Shown: in pieces, positions 10,087 through 20,039 of the stretch
Layout: every line of letters starts with the position of its first letter
Position numbering within the stretch: position 1 is the stretch's first letter
Assembly: GCA_032127265.1 (NCBI GenBank)
Contig: JAQAZP010000027.1
Span: 47 to 64,046, forward strand
Direction: 5' to 3'
DNA: 64,000 nucleotides
Origin: Acidobacteriota bacterium
GTDB taxonomy: Bacteria > Acidobacteriota > JAQAZP01
Position numbers and translations under genes: made by a program
The notes under the pieces: generated by a model
What the model was told of the DNA's origin: nothing
The model's input: the letters and a program-made list of their open reading frames with translations, nothing else
Database searches by the model: none

Positions 10087-10971
10087 ATGATTTCCGTCAT
10101 CGTTCCCAGTTACGAAGCAACGGGCACCATCGTCGCCTGCCTGGAATCGCTCCTGGCCCAGGAGACAGGTGAAGAGTTCGAGGTGCTGGTGGTCAACAGT
10201 TCCGATGACCAGACCGTGGAGCTGGTCCAGGCCCGGTTCCCCACGGTGCAGGCGTTTCAGCTGCCCGCGCGCGCCTTTGCCGGTACCGCACGGAACACCG
10301 GGGTGGAGCACTCGAAGGGCGAGCTGCTGACCTTCATCGATTCCGACTGCACTGCGCCGCCCGACTGGCTGGAGCGGATCGCGGGCCGGCACCGTGAGGG
10401 ACACCAGGCCCTGGGGGGAGCCATCGTGGACGGCAGCCCCACCCTCTGCAGCCGGGCCGAATACCCCCTGGAAACCATCGAGTTCGCCCCGGGGAACGCC
10501 ATGCGGGGAGTGGGTTTCGTTTCCTCGGCCAACTGCGCCTTCTCCCGCCAGGTTTTCGTCGAACAGGACGGATTCCCGGAGATCCGGGCCGGCGAGGACA
10601 TGGTCTTCTGTCACCGGCTGGCGGCGGCCGGGGAGACGCTGCTCTTCGACCCCGGCATCCAGGTGTCGCATCACAATCCGGTGGGCTTCCGGGCCTTTGT
10701 CCGCAAGCAGTTGATGCATGGAGAGCACAGCTACCGGGTGCGCCGGGAGGCGGACCTGCCCGGGTCGTTTCTCAACAACCGCCTGGCGCTTCCCTTCCTG
10801 CTGCCCTTCTTTCCCCTAATCCGGGCGGTGCGGGTGACCGGGCGGGCGCTGGCCCTCCGCAACGGCCTGGTTCGTGATATCATGATGACCTTCCCCCTCT
10901 TTTTTCTTGGCTGTCTCTGCTGGAGCGCCGGGTTTGCCAGGGGATATTTCGGCGACCTGTTCTCGAGCTGA
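10087..10971 (+). CDS. Family 2 glycosyltransferase (GT-A)
   Basis: N-terminal ISVIVPSYEATGTIVACLESL...VLVVNSSDD...FIDSDC (DxD) GT2 signature. Confidence 0.7.
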   Translation: MISVIVPSYEATGTIVACLESLLAQETGEEFEVLVVNSSDDQTVELVQARFPTVQAFQLPARAFAGTARNTGVEHSKGELLTFIDSDCTAPPDWLERIAGRHREGHQALGGAIVDGSPTLCSRAEYPLETIEFAPGNAMRGVGFVSSANCAFSRQVFVEQDGFPEIRAGEDMVFCHRLAAAGETLLFDPGIQVSHHNPVGFRAFVRKQLMHGEHSYRVRREADLPGSFLNNRLALPFLLPFFPLIRAVRVTGRALALRNGLVRDIMMTFPLFFLGCLCWSAGFARGYFGDLFSS

Positions 10972-11008
10972 ACCGGTCGGTCTTGCGGATTGCGGAGCAC
11001 TTTCGATC

Positions 11009-11893
11009 ATGTGGATTGGGGTCCAAGCGTACAAATTGCGGCGGCGGATCGCCGGAATCCTGCGCCGGTCGATGACCCGCCTGCGCCGGCCGTCGCTGGA
11101 GCTGAATCAAAGTGAACCGAAGGCGGGAAGGGGTTCGAAGGTCATCTGGTGCACCCAGGTGGTGGCCAGCCGCCTCGACGAGCTGGAGATCGCCCGGGGC
11201 AATCTGGAACGGCTCCGGCCGGTGCTGGCCTGGGCCGGCCTCACCGTGGACGGCGCCGCAAGCGACCTGGAACGGTTTTCCGGGGAACACCACTGGGACG
11301 GGTTCCAGAACGTGCTCTGGCTCGGCCGCCCAAAAGTGGTGAGCCGAACCGGCTACCCCGAGACTCATGGATACTTCAACCGGCACAGTCTCAACTACCT
11401 GCGCGGCTGGCTGAGCAACCTCGAGGTCGGCGAGGAGTGCCCTGCCGACCTCTTCTGCCACACCGACGGTGACTGGGAGATCACCATCCGCCCCGAGTCG
11501 ATCAAGCCGCTGCTTCGCTTCTTCCACCGGCACCCCAAGGTGGTGGCGATTTCCCGCTCCATGGACCGCTTTATGATGGACGAGCCCGGGATGTGGCCGG
11601 ACAGTGATTCGGGGGGAGCGGTCTGGTTCGGCAACGGCGTGCTTTCCTCCAACGTGATCATCTCACCCATCGACCGCTTCCGGCCCCTGCTGCTCCAGGC
11701 CTGGGAAGCCTTTCCCCGCCACCGCAGCGTGTTCCTCGAGGTGACCCTGGGCCGGCTGGCCGCGAAGAGCGGCCTGGTCGTCGCCTATCCGAATGCGGAT
11801 TATTTCCGGGACCACTTCTTCATCGACCTGGTGGAGAAACGGGAGCCCTTCCCCATGCCTGCCACGACCAGTCGGCCGACCGGACTCGGGTGA
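11009..11893 (+). CDS. Hypothetical protein within the glycosylation locus
   Basis: GC3-rich ORF. Start taken at the internal ATG at 11009 to avoid overlap with the upstream GT2. No recognisable family. Its stop overlaps the start of the next gene. Confidence 0.4.
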   Translation: MWIGVQAYKLRRRIAGILRRSMTRLRRPSLELNQSEPKAGRGSKVIWCTQVVASRLDELEIARGNLERLRPVLAWAGLTVDGAASDLERFSGEHHWDGFQNVLWLGRPKVVSRTGYPETHGYFNRHSLNYLRGWLSNLEVGEECPADLFCHTDGDWEITIRPESIKPLLRFFHRHPKVVAISRSMDRFMMDEPGMWPDSDSGGAVWFGNGVLSSNVIISPIDRFRPLLLQAWEAFPRHRSVFLEVTLGRLAAKSGLVVAYPNADYFRDHFFIDLVEKREPFPMPATTSRPTGLG

Positions 11894-13353
11894 GCATGAG
11901 CACACCCCCATCCCAGCCCCAGGAGAAGAGTGACCCGATGCAGGGCCTCTGGCCCCGTTTGCTGGGCAATGCCTGGTGGCTCTTCACCGGCGCGGCGGGC
12001 CGCTCGGTGCTGGGCTTTGTGGTCTCGGTCTACCTGGCCCGGGTCCTCGGCCCCGAACAGTTCGGCCAGATGGGATATGCCCTGGCCGTGCTGGCCTATT
12101 TCATCCTCTTCACCGACGGCGGCCTGCAGACCCTGGGCACCCGCGAAGTGGCCGCCGGGAACGGGGCTTTGGCCCAACTGGCCGGCCGGGTGCTGCTGAT
12201 CCGCGGCGTCCTCACCGCAGTGTCCCTGGCGGTGATCATTCCCTTTGCCCCGTATCTCACCACGTCGGCCGGCGCGGCGCGCCTGCTGGTCATCTTCAGT
12301 TTCGCTCTGCTGCCCATGGCCGCCAACCTCTCCTGGGTCTTCCGGGGGAAAGAACAGATGAGGATGGTCGGTTTTTCCGAGATGCTGCAGGTCGGCGCCT
12401 ACCTCGCGCTCCTCGTGCTGATGGTCGGGGGGCCGGGGCAGCTCATGCTCGTCCCCGCCTTCTTTGTCGCCAGCCATTGGCTGGCCGCCCTGCTGCTGGG
12501 GGGGGGCTACCTCAGGAACTGGGGCCAGCCCCGGTTTTCCGGGTCGGCCGGCGGGTCTGCCGCCATGCTGCGTACCGCCTTTCCCCTGGTGTTGACCCTC
12601 TTTCTGCACCAGATCTACTTCAACTTCGACACCTTGATGCTGGGTTTCATGCGCGGTGAACTGGCGGTTGGTCTGTACCATGCCACCTACCGCATCATCT
12701 TTGCCGTGATTGCGGTGAACACGGTGTTGATGGAGGCGGTCTACCCCACCTTTTCCCGGCTCTTTATTGACGGCACGGCGGCCCTGCGTCGGCTGCTGGA
12801 GAAATCGCTCTCCATCTCGGTGATTCTGGCGCTGCCGGTGGGGATTGGCGGGACGGTGCTGGCCCGGCCGCTGATCCTGGCCCTCTACGGCCCGGAGTAT
12901 GAGGGGAGTATCCTGGCCCTCAAACTTCTGGTCTGGAGCGCGGTGCTCGCTTTTCTCGGCGCCAATTACGGGTATTGCCTGGTGGCCTGCGGCCGGCAGA
13001 AGATCCTCGCCTGGTCGGCGGCCGCGGGGGCGCTGGTCAACGTGTTGCTCAATCTGTGGCTCATCCCGGCCCACGGCATCTTCGGCGCCTGCCTGGCCAC
13101 CGTGATCTCCCAGGCGCTGATGCTGGGCTGCGAGGGCGCGGCCTTCTTCAAACAGATCGCCCGGGCCCTGCCCTCGGCCGGCCTGACCCTCAAGGCCGTG
13201 ATGGCCGGCCTGGTGATGGGACTGGCCCTGTTCCTGCTCCGGGACCGGTTCCCGGTCTGGCTGACGGTGCCGGCCGGCGCAGCGATTTACACCGGCCTCT
13301 TCTGGCTGATGGCCCGACGGGGCATCAGAGACCTCTTCGACCTTGGCCGGTGA
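11890..13353 (+). CDS. Wzx-type polysaccharide/oligosaccharide flippase (MOP superfamily)
   Basis: About 12-14 predicted TM helices and the polysaccharide-biosynthesis-protein pattern (WWLFTGAAGRSVLGFVVSVYLARVLGPEQFGQ). Contains an in-frame G9 tract at about 12503-12511. Confidence 0.7.
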   Translation: MSMSTPPSQPQEKSDPMQGLWPRLLGNAWWLFTGAAGRSVLGFVVSVYLARVLGPEQFGQMGYALAVLAYFILFTDGGLQTLGTREVAAGNGALAQLAGRVLLIRGVLTAVSLAVIIPFAPYLTTSAGAARLLVIFSFALLPMAANLSWVFRGKEQMRMVGFSEMLQVGAYLALLVLMVGGPGQLMLVPAFFVASHWLAALLLGGGYLRNWGQPRFSGSAGGSAAMLRTAFPLVLTLFLHQIYFNFDTLMLGFMRGELAVGLYHATYRIIFAVIAVNTVLMEAVYPTFSRLFIDGTAALRRLLEKSLSISVILALPVGIGGTVLARPLILALYGPEYEGSILALKLLVWSAVLAFLGANYGYCLVACGRQKILAWSAAAGALVNVLLNLWLIPAHGIFGACLATVISQALMLGCEGAAFFKQIARALPSAGLTLKAVMAGLVMGLALFLLRDRFPVWLTVPAGAAIYTGLFWLMARRGIRDLFDLGR

Positions 13354-13457
13354 CGCCGACCCTTACTATTCAGGCCGGCTTGAATTACAATATCCGGCGC
13401 CAAAGGGCTTGCGAAGTGTTTGCGGTCCGTAGCGGTCCGGGGGAGGGTTTGCAGGCG

Positions 13458-14267
13458 ATGGATGGCGGGGTGAAAGATCTGGACCTCAGTGTGGTGGTTC
13501 CCTGCTACAACGAGGAAGACAACCTGCGAGAACTGGTGTGCCGGACGGTACGGGCCGTGGAAGCCGAGGGGATCGGCGGTTTCGAGATTCTGCTGGTGGA
13601 TGACGGAAGCACCGACGCCACCGGCACGGTGATCGGTGAGCTGGCAAACGAATTCCCGCAGGTGGTGCCGGTGAGCCACCCGGAAAACCGCGGTATCGTG
13701 GCCGGCTGGCGCAGCGGTTTCGAAATGTCCCGGGGCCGCGTGGTGCTCACCACCGACGCCGACCTGCAGTATGCCCCCGAGGACATTCCCCTGCTCTACC
13801 GCGAGTGTGATTCCAGCCCCTGGGATCTGGTGCAGGGCTGGCGCAAGAACTACCGCGAAAAGAGCTTGCTCCGCAAACTGCTCAGCACCGGTTTCAGCGG
13901 GATCCTGCGGCTGCTTTTCTTCCTGCCGCTCCATGACGTGAAGTCGGGCTTCATCGCCTACCGCCGGGAGGTCCTGGAAGACATCCTCGACTACCGCTTT
14001 CACTATTTCTCGTTCCAGAGCCTGCCCATCGTGGCCGCCCGCTTCAAGGGTTACTCGATCAAACAGGTGCCGATCACCTTTCACCAGCGGTTCGCCGGGG
14101 CGTCGTCCATCGAGAGCCCGATCATCTTCTCTATCCGTTCCGCTCTGGACCTGCCCAAAGCCCTGGTGGAATACCGTTTTCTCAAGCCGCGGCACAGACG
14201 CCGGAACGGACCCGATTCGGGGAATTCCGCCGGCGGCAATCCGGGCCGCGCGATCAACAATCACTGA
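13458..14267 (+). CDS. Polyprenyl-phosphate sugar synthase, GT2 (DPM1/ArnC/GtrB-like)
   Basis: LSVVVPCYNEEDNL...ILLVDDGSTDAT...LTTDADLQY motifs typical of Dol-P/Und-P glycosyltransferases. Start chosen at the ATG at 13458 inside ORF 12975..14267. Confidence 0.7.
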   Translation: MDGGVKDLDLSVVVPCYNEEDNLRELVCRTVRAVEAEGIGGFEILLVDDGSTDATGTVIGELANEFPQVVPVSHPENRGIVAGWRSGFEMSRGRVVLTTDADLQYAPEDIPLLYRECDSSPWDLVQGWRKNYREKSLLRKLLSTGFSGILRLLFFLPLHDVKSGFIAYRREVLEDILDYRFHYFSFQSLPIVAARFKGYSIKQVPITFHQRFAGASSIESPIIFSIRSALDLPKALVEYRFLKPRHRRRNGPDSGNSAGGNPGRAINNH

Positions 14268-14330
14268 CCTGACGTTCCACCGAGTTGGCAGATCGGTTGT
14301 AATACAGGATACCGAGGGGGAATAACGCGG

Positions 14331-16430
14331 ATGACAGCACAACAGAACCAGCAGGCCGCGGGGCCGTGGCCGGCACGGATGCGGCGGATCTGCACCGTTC
14401 TCCTGATCCTCTTCGGGTTGTACTACCTCTGGGCGCTGCTGGCCGGCACGGGCTTCTTTGTCATTGGCGGCTACGATATGGGGATCGAGAATACCGGTGA
14501 TGTGTTCTGGATCTTCCTCGGCCTGCTGCTGACCCGGCTGGCCCTCGGTCACCGGGAGCTGGCCGGTTTCCTGCGCCGTACCGGACACCGGCGGGTGATC
14601 ACCGTTCTGAACATCCTCTTCGGCCTGGCCGTGGCCTACTACGCGGTGGTGGCGCTGTTTCAGGGGCCCACCCTCATGCTTTTCGGGGTAGAGCTGGGGG
14701 TGCAGAAGATCTCCACCGCGTTCTGGATCCTGGCCGTGCTGGCCCTGGCCCGGCTGGCCGCGGGCTACCGTCAGCTGGGGCTGCTGCTGCGCTCACCCCG
14801 CTTCTGGCTGATGGTGCTGATCCTGCTGGTGGCCGCCGTGGCCCGGATTCACGAGATCGATTTCGGCCTGCCGCACAATGACCACCCCGACGAATCGGTG
14901 ATCATCGCCAAGCCGCTGCGGATGATGAAGGAGGGCCTCCATCCCCACTATTTCGTCTACCCCTCGGTCTATTTCTATTCGGTGATGGTGACCCTGGAGA
15001 CGGCCTACAACTGGCCGGTGTCCGTGGACTGGTTCCTGCCGCCCGATGTGAGTAATGACGCGGAGAAGATCCGGCTCTATATGCTGGGCCGACTGACCAC
15101 GGCGCTCTACGGCATTTTCACCGTGCTGCTGCTCTACCCGGTGGGGCGCCGGCTCTACGGCCGGGCCCGCACCGGGCTGCTGGCCGCGCTGTTCCTGGCC
15201 CTCAATGTCCAGCACATCCACAACTCGATGTATATCACCACCGACGTGCCGGTGGCCTTCTATACCATCCTCTGCTTCTATTTCGCGGTCAAGGCGTTCG
15301 ACCGCGGGCGGTTCTCCCACTGGGACCTGCTGGCCGGCCTGGCCGCCGGGTTCACCGCCTCCACCAAGTACAACGGCGCCTCGATCCTCGTGGCCCCGGC
15401 CCTGGTGGTCTTCTTTTTCTTCGTCAACGAACTGCGGGTGCCGGCGGACAAGCGCCGTATCGGTCCGGCCCTCTGGCGGCTCAGCTGGCGCTGGGTGCTG
15501 CTGTGGGTCGTCTTCTTCCTCGGCTTCGCCATCGGCACGCCCTATGCCGTGCTTGATTATAACGGGTTCACCACCGACTTCATCTGGAACATCGATCACT
15601 ACTCCGAAGGGCACGCCGGCGCCATGGGCAGCGGCAACTGGTGGTTCTACATCTCCTATCTCGCCCGCTGGGGCATGGGTTTCGGCCAGTTCGGCCTGGC
15701 CCTGCTGGGCATCGGGGCGCTGCTTTGGGGGCGGCGTCAAAAGGACGTGCTCTATCTCATTTTCCTCGGCCTCTACTTTTACGAGATCTCCTCATTCACC
15801 GTCCGTTTCACCCGCAACCTTCTGCCGGTGGTACCCCTGTTGGCCCTCTATGCCGCGGTGGGGCTGGAGCTGATCATCGGCTGGGTCGGCGGCAAGGGCG
15901 AAGTGAAGGCCGGACGGCGGCGGCTGGCCCTGGCCGCCGGTGCGCTGGTGCTTGTCGGGACGCTCTACTACCCGGTGCAGGACAGGGTGGTGGTGGAGAT
16001 CAAGTCTCGCCGGCCCTATTCCGGTGCGCTGATCGCCGAGTGGATCCCGGCCAATATCCCCGACGGCACCAAGGTGGCCATCGAGTTGTACACGCCGATC
16101 AACGAGACTGAGTGGGGGGAGCGCACCTACACCTTCCAGCGGTTCCTGCACCGCAAGCCCCCCGAGTGGTACGCCGAACGGGGGATCAAGTACCTGATCT
16201 TCAACAGCTATGCCTACCAGCGGTTCTACGATTTCCCCAAGGAGTACGGCAAGCAGATCGCCCAGTATGATCGGCTGTTCAACCACCCGCAGATGGTCCC
16301 GGTGGTGACGATCAACGAGAAGGACGATCACCGCGGCCCGGTGTACAAAGTCTACCGGCTGGATATGGAGAAAGAAGTGGGCCCCGGCGGAGGAACTGAT
16401 GGGGATGAGGACACGGTGCCCGGGGCCTGA
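14331..16430 (+). CDS. GT-C membrane glycosyltransferase (GT39 PMT_2/ArnT family) with an N-terminal duplicated TM extension and a C-terminal periplasmic domain
   Basis: Loop DE-type motif (LPHNDHPDES), PMT_2-like TM core (YGRARTGLLAALFLALNVQHIHNSMYITTDVPVAFY), about 13 TM helices, and a 170-aa soluble C-terminus. Confidence 0.65.
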   Translation: MTAQQNQQAAGPWPARMRRICTVLLILFGLYYLWALLAGTGFFVIGGYDMGIENTGDVFWIFLGLLLTRLALGHRELAGFLRRTGHRRVITVLNILFGLAVAYYAVVALFQGPTLMLFGVELGVQKISTAFWILAVLALARLAAGYRQLGLLLRSPRFWLMVLILLVAAVARIHEIDFGLPHNDHPDESVIIAKPLRMMKEGLHPHYFVYPSVYFYSVMVTLETAYNWPVSVDWFLPPDVSNDAEKIRLYMLGRLTTALYGIFTVLLLYPVGRRLYGRARTGLLAALFLALNVQHIHNSMYITTDVPVAFYTILCFYFAVKAFDRGRFSHWDLLAGLAAGFTASTKYNGASILVAPALVVFFFFVNELRVPADKRRIGPALWRLSWRWVLLWVVFFLGFAIGTPYAVLDYNGFTTDFIWNIDHYSEGHAGAMGSGNWWFYISYLARWGMGFGQFGLALLGIGALLWGRRQKDVLYLIFLGLYFYEISSFTVRFTRNLLPVVPLLALYAAVGLELIIGWVGGKGEVKAGRRRLALAAGALVLVGTLYYPVQDRVVVEIKSRRPYSGALIAEWIPANIPDGTKVAIELYTPINETEWGERTYTFQRFLHRKPPEWYAERGIKYLIFNSYAYQRFYDFPKEYGKQIAQYDRLFNHPQMVPVVTINEKDDHRGPVYKVYRLDMEKEVGPGGGTDGDEDTVPGA

Positions 16431-16436
16431 CCTCAA

Positions 16437-16916
16437 TTACTTTTCCAGCTCGGCCCTGGTCCAGGGCAGCAGACCGCCGGCGTCGCGGATGGCGAGAATC
16501 TCCGGCGGCAGCCGGGGAAAGTCGAATTCCCGTCCGCCCACGGTGATCTTGCCTTCAGCCGCGTCGAGGGTCACCTCGTCGCCGGCGTTGTACGCGGCCA
16601 CGGCATCGGGGCACTCCACCAGCAGCAGGCCCTGGTTGATCGACGAGCGGTAGAAGATCCTGTCAAAGCTCGAGGCCACGATGGCCTCCACCCCCACCGC
16701 CTTCAGCCCCAGGGTGGGCTGCTCCCGCGAGGAACCGCAGCCGAAGTTCTTCCCGCCGAAGACCAGGTCGCCCGGTTTCACCATTTCGGCAAAGTCCGGG
16801 TCCAGGTCTTCCAGCAGGTGGGGCCTGATTTCCTCGGCGGTGCTGCAGGTATAGGTGAACTTGCCCGGGAAGAGCATGTCGGTGTTGACGTCGTCGCCGT
16901 ATCTCCAGACCTTCAT
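16437..16916 (-). CDS. leuD: 3-isopropylmalate dehydratase small subunit (archaeal-type LeuD)
   Basis: 159 aa, MKVWRYGDDVNTDMLFPGKF...GGKNFGCGSSRE aconitase swivel-domain motifs. The start overlaps the leuC stop by 4 nt. Confidence 0.8.
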   Translation of the reverse strand: MKVWRYGDDVNTDMLFPGKFTYTCSTAEEIRPHLLEDLDPDFAEMVKPGDLVFGGKNFGCGSSREQPTLGLKAVGVEAIVASSFDRIFYRSSINQGLLLVECPDAVAAYNAGDEVTLDAAEGKITVGGREFDFPRLPPEILAIRDAGGLLPWTRAELEK

Positions 16917-18181
16917 CGGCTCACCTCTTTGCGCGGGTCGCTGATCACGCCGTGGATCGCGGTGGCCGCCGCGGTCTGCGGGCTGGCGAGGTAGATCTCG
17001 GCCTCCTTGCTGCCCATGCGGCCCTTGAAGTTGCGGTTGGCTGTGCTGAGGCACTTCTCGCCGGGGGCCAGGCAGCCCTGGTGGGCGCCGAGGCAGGGCC
17101 CGCAGCCCGGGGGCAGGATCGTCGCCCCGGCCCGGGAGAGGATGGCCAGCGTGCCGTTCTCCATGGCCGCCTGGTAGATTTCTCGGGAGGCGGGCAGCAC
17201 CAGCAGCCGGACGCCGGGGGAGACCGCATGGCCGTCCAGAATGCCGGCCGCGGCTTCGAGGTCGCTCAGCCGGCCGTTGGTGCAGGTGCCGAGCAGCACC
17301 TGCTGGATCGCCATCCCTTCCAGTTCGGCCACGCTCTTCCTGTTGTCCACCTTGTGCGGCGCCGCGATTACCGGCTCGATGTCGCCGAGGTCGTAGGTCA
17401 GTTCGCGGCAATACGCTGCATCCTCGTCGGCCCACAGCGGTTCGTACGAGCCATGCTCCGCGCCGATGGAGGTGAGATATTCACGGGTGACGGCATCCAC
17501 CGGGAAGACGGCGATCTTGGCTCCCATCTCCACGCCCATGTTGGCGATGGTGAATCGCTCCTCGATGGACAGCGTGCTCACCGAGCCGTGGAACTCCACC
17601 GCCCGGTAGGCCGCGCCGTCGGCGCCGATGTCGCCGATGATGGTCAGCACCAGGTCTTTGGCCGACACCGGCGGCTGAAGCCGGCCGCCCAAGGTGATGC
17701 GGATCGTCTCCGGCACCTTGAGCCAGGTTTTGCCCCGGAGATAGAGCGCCGCGGCCTCGGTGCGGTCCACACCGGTGGCGAAAACGCCCAGGGCGCCGTA
17801 GGAGCAGGTGTGGGAATCACTGCCCACGATGAGCCGGCCCGGCAGGGCGTGGCCCTTCTCCATCAGCACCTGGTGACAGACCCCGGTGCCCACATCGTAG
17901 AAGTTGGGCAGCTTGAACCGGGCGGCGAACTCCCGCGCGGTCTTGTGGTTCACCGCGTGCTTTTCGCTGGCCGCCGGGATCACGTGATCCAGGGCGATCA
18001 CCGGCATCCCGGGCCGGGCCACGCCGAAGCGCTCCAGGTCGTCGACGATCTTGTCCACGATGGCCGCGGTATTGTCGTGAGTCAGCAGGTGGTCCGGTTC
18101 GATGATGACGATCTGCCCCGGCACCGCCCGGTCCAGCCCGGCTTTGCGGGCCAGGATCTTTTCCGCGAATGTCATTCCCAT
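16913..18181 (-). CDS. leuC: 3-isopropylmalate dehydratase large subunit (archaeal-type LeuC, about 420 aa)
   Basis: Aconitase-family catalytic motifs (GSDSHTCSYGALG, CTNGR, PPGCGPCLG, STANRNFKGRMG). Confidence 0.8.
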   Translation of the reverse strand: MGMTFAEKILARKAGLDRAVPGQIVIIEPDHLLTHDNTAAIVDKIVDDLERFGVARPGMPVIALDHVIPAASEKHAVNHKTAREFAARFKLPNFYDVGTGVCHQVLMEKGHALPGRLIVGSDSHTCSYGALGVFATGVDRTEAAALYLRGKTWLKVPETIRITLGGRLQPPVSAKDLVLTIIGDIGADGAAYRAVEFHGSVSTLSIEERFTIANMGVEMGAKIAVFPVDAVTREYLTSIGAEHGSYEPLWADEDAAYCRELTYDLGDIEPVIAAPHKVDNRKSVAELEGMAIQQVLLGTCTNGRLSDLEAAAGILDGHAVSPGVRLLVLPASREIYQAAMENGTLAILSRAGATILPPGCGPCLGAHQGCLAPGEKCLSTANRNFKGRMGSKEAEIYLASPQTAAATAIHGVISDPRKEVSR

Positions 18182-18200
18182 TCCACTGTTCTCCAGCCCG

Positions 18201-19997
18201 CTATCTCAGCAGGCCGCCCTTCCTGTAGATCGCCATCTGGACGTCGGAAAAGGTGCCCTGCACTTCTTTGCCGCCGGGAAGGGTGATGACCCCCGTTTCC
18301 AGGTCCACCTCGATCTGGTCGCCGGTCTTCAGGCCGTCCCCGATCAGATGTGCCGCAACGATGGGGAACCCCTTGTTGATCGCGTTCCGTTCATAGATCG
18401 CGCCAAAGGACTCGGCGATGACACAGGAGATGCCGAGGCTCTCGAAACAGTCCACCGCCTGCTGCCGCGAGGAGCCGGCGCCGAAATTCTTCGGCACCAC
18501 CACCATGTCGCCGGGGCGGGCTTGTTTGGCGAAATCCTCGTAGCCTTCGAGGTTGTCAAAGGTGTACTGGCCCATTTCCGCCGGGTCGGTGATCGCCAGG
18601 TAGCGGTTGTGGTAGATCATGTCGGTGTCGATGTTGTCCTGGTCGATGACCCAGGCCCGGCCGGTGAACCGGGTGGGGTGCGGCTGCTCCGGGTGGTGAT
18701 GGGCAATGGCCCGCGGCGAACGGTACTCCCGCCGCGGTGCTTCCAGCGGCACGTCGGGAATATGGTCCGGCAGGGCGATGGCCCCGGCCACCGCCGAAGC
18801 CGCCACCACTGCGGGCGAAGCGAGGTAGACCTCACCGCGGCCCTGCTTGCCGGCGAAGTTGCGGTTGCCGGTGCTGATCGTCACTTCGCCCGGGCCGTTC
18901 TGGCCGATCTGCCCCGCGGCGCAGCCGGCGCAGCCGGCATTGCTCACCATGGCTCCGGCCTCCTTGAAGATCTCCAGCATCCCTTCCTTGAGACAGAGCT
19001 GCCAGATGGCGTCGGTGGCCGGAACGATTTTCAGCATCACCCCGGGAGCCACTTTTCGTCCCCGGAGAATCTCCGCCGCCGCCTTGAGGTCCTCGTAGCG
19101 GCCGTTGGTGCAGGAGCCGATAAAGGCCGAGTCGATCCGGCGGCCGGCCACCGTTTCTACTTCCACCACGTCCTCGGGGTGCCCGGGCCGGGAGATCAGC
19201 GGTTCCAGCCCGTCGACATCGATCTCGAAGGTCCGCTCATACTCCGTGTCGGGATCGGCGTACACCGGTATGACCTCTCGGCCGGCGGCCCGGGAGCAGT
19301 ATTCCACCACCTCGTTGTTCGGCGGGAAGAGGGCGATGATCCCGGCCATCTCGGTGGCCATGGAAGCCATGGTCACCCGGCCGGCCAGGCTCAAGCGGTC
19401 CACGGCCTCGCCGTAGAACTCGGCGGCGCAGCCCAGCAGGGTGTTGGCCCCCAGCTGCCGCAGCACGGCGAGCACCAGGTCCTTGGCCGTAGCGTTGAGC
19501 GAGGGGGTGCCGGTGAGCAGCACCTTCACCGTGGGCGGCACCTTGAACCAGACCTTGCCGTGGGCCCAGGCGTGGGCGATGTCCACATCGCCCATCCCCT
19601 GGCCAAAGGCGCCGATGGCGCCCATGATGTTGGCGTGGGAGTCGGTGGAAACGAAGGTCGACCCCGGGACCGCCAGACCGCCGTCGATGGCCACGTGGGT
19701 TCCGATGCCCTGGTTGATGTCGTAGACCCGCACACCGCGCTGCCGGGCGTAAAGCCGGCAGATCTGCTGGTTGGTGGCGTATTTCTGGTCCGAGCCGCCG
19801 GGGTTGCAGTCGAAGGTGAAGAAGGTCTTTTCCGGATCCTCCACCTCGAGGCCGTTCTCTTCGAGATTTTTCACCACGTTGGCCCCGCCGAAGTCGCGGG
19901 CCACCCGGGCGTCGATGTCGATGTCGACTATTTCGCCGGGCCGCACATCGCGGCCGGCGTGACCAGCGAGGATCTTTTCGATGATCGATTTACCCAT
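18201..19997 (-). CDS. Fused aconitase-family dehydratase (LeuC-like large domain plus LeuD-like small domain, 598 aa); paralogue of the downstream leuCD
   Basis: N-terminal large-subunit motifs (STDSHANIMGAIGAFG, SCTNGRYEDL, NAGCAGCAAG, STGNRNFAGKQG). C-terminal swivel domain (VIDQDNIDTDMIYHNRYL...PKNFGAGSSRQ). Confidence 0.7.
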   Translation of the reverse strand: MGKSIIEKILAGHAGRDVRPGEIVDIDIDARVARDFGGANVVKNLEENGLEVEDPEKTFFTFDCNPGGSDQKYATNQQICRLYARQRGVRVYDINQGIGTHVAIDGGLAVPGSTFVSTDSHANIMGAIGAFGQGMGDVDIAHAWAHGKVWFKVPPTVKVLLTGTPSLNATAKDLVLAVLRQLGANTLLGCAAEFYGEAVDRLSLAGRVTMASMATEMAGIIALFPPNNEVVEYCSRAAGREVIPVYADPDTEYERTFEIDVDGLEPLISRPGHPEDVVEVETVAGRRIDSAFIGSCTNGRYEDLKAAAEILRGRKVAPGVMLKIVPATDAIWQLCLKEGMLEIFKEAGAMVSNAGCAGCAAGQIGQNGPGEVTISTGNRNFAGKQGRGEVYLASPAVVAASAVAGAIALPDHIPDVPLEAPRREYRSPRAIAHHHPEQPHPTRFTGRAWVIDQDNIDTDMIYHNRYLAITDPAEMGQYTFDNLEGYEDFAKQARPGDMVVVPKNFGAGSSRQQAVDCFESLGISCVIAESFGAIYERNAINKGFPIVAAHLIGDGLKTGDQIEVDLETGVITLPGGKEVQGTFSDVQMAIYRKGGLLR

Positions 19998-20039
19998 GTC
20001 ACGTCCTTTTCAGAATCGAACAGCGGATTCCGTTCCGGG

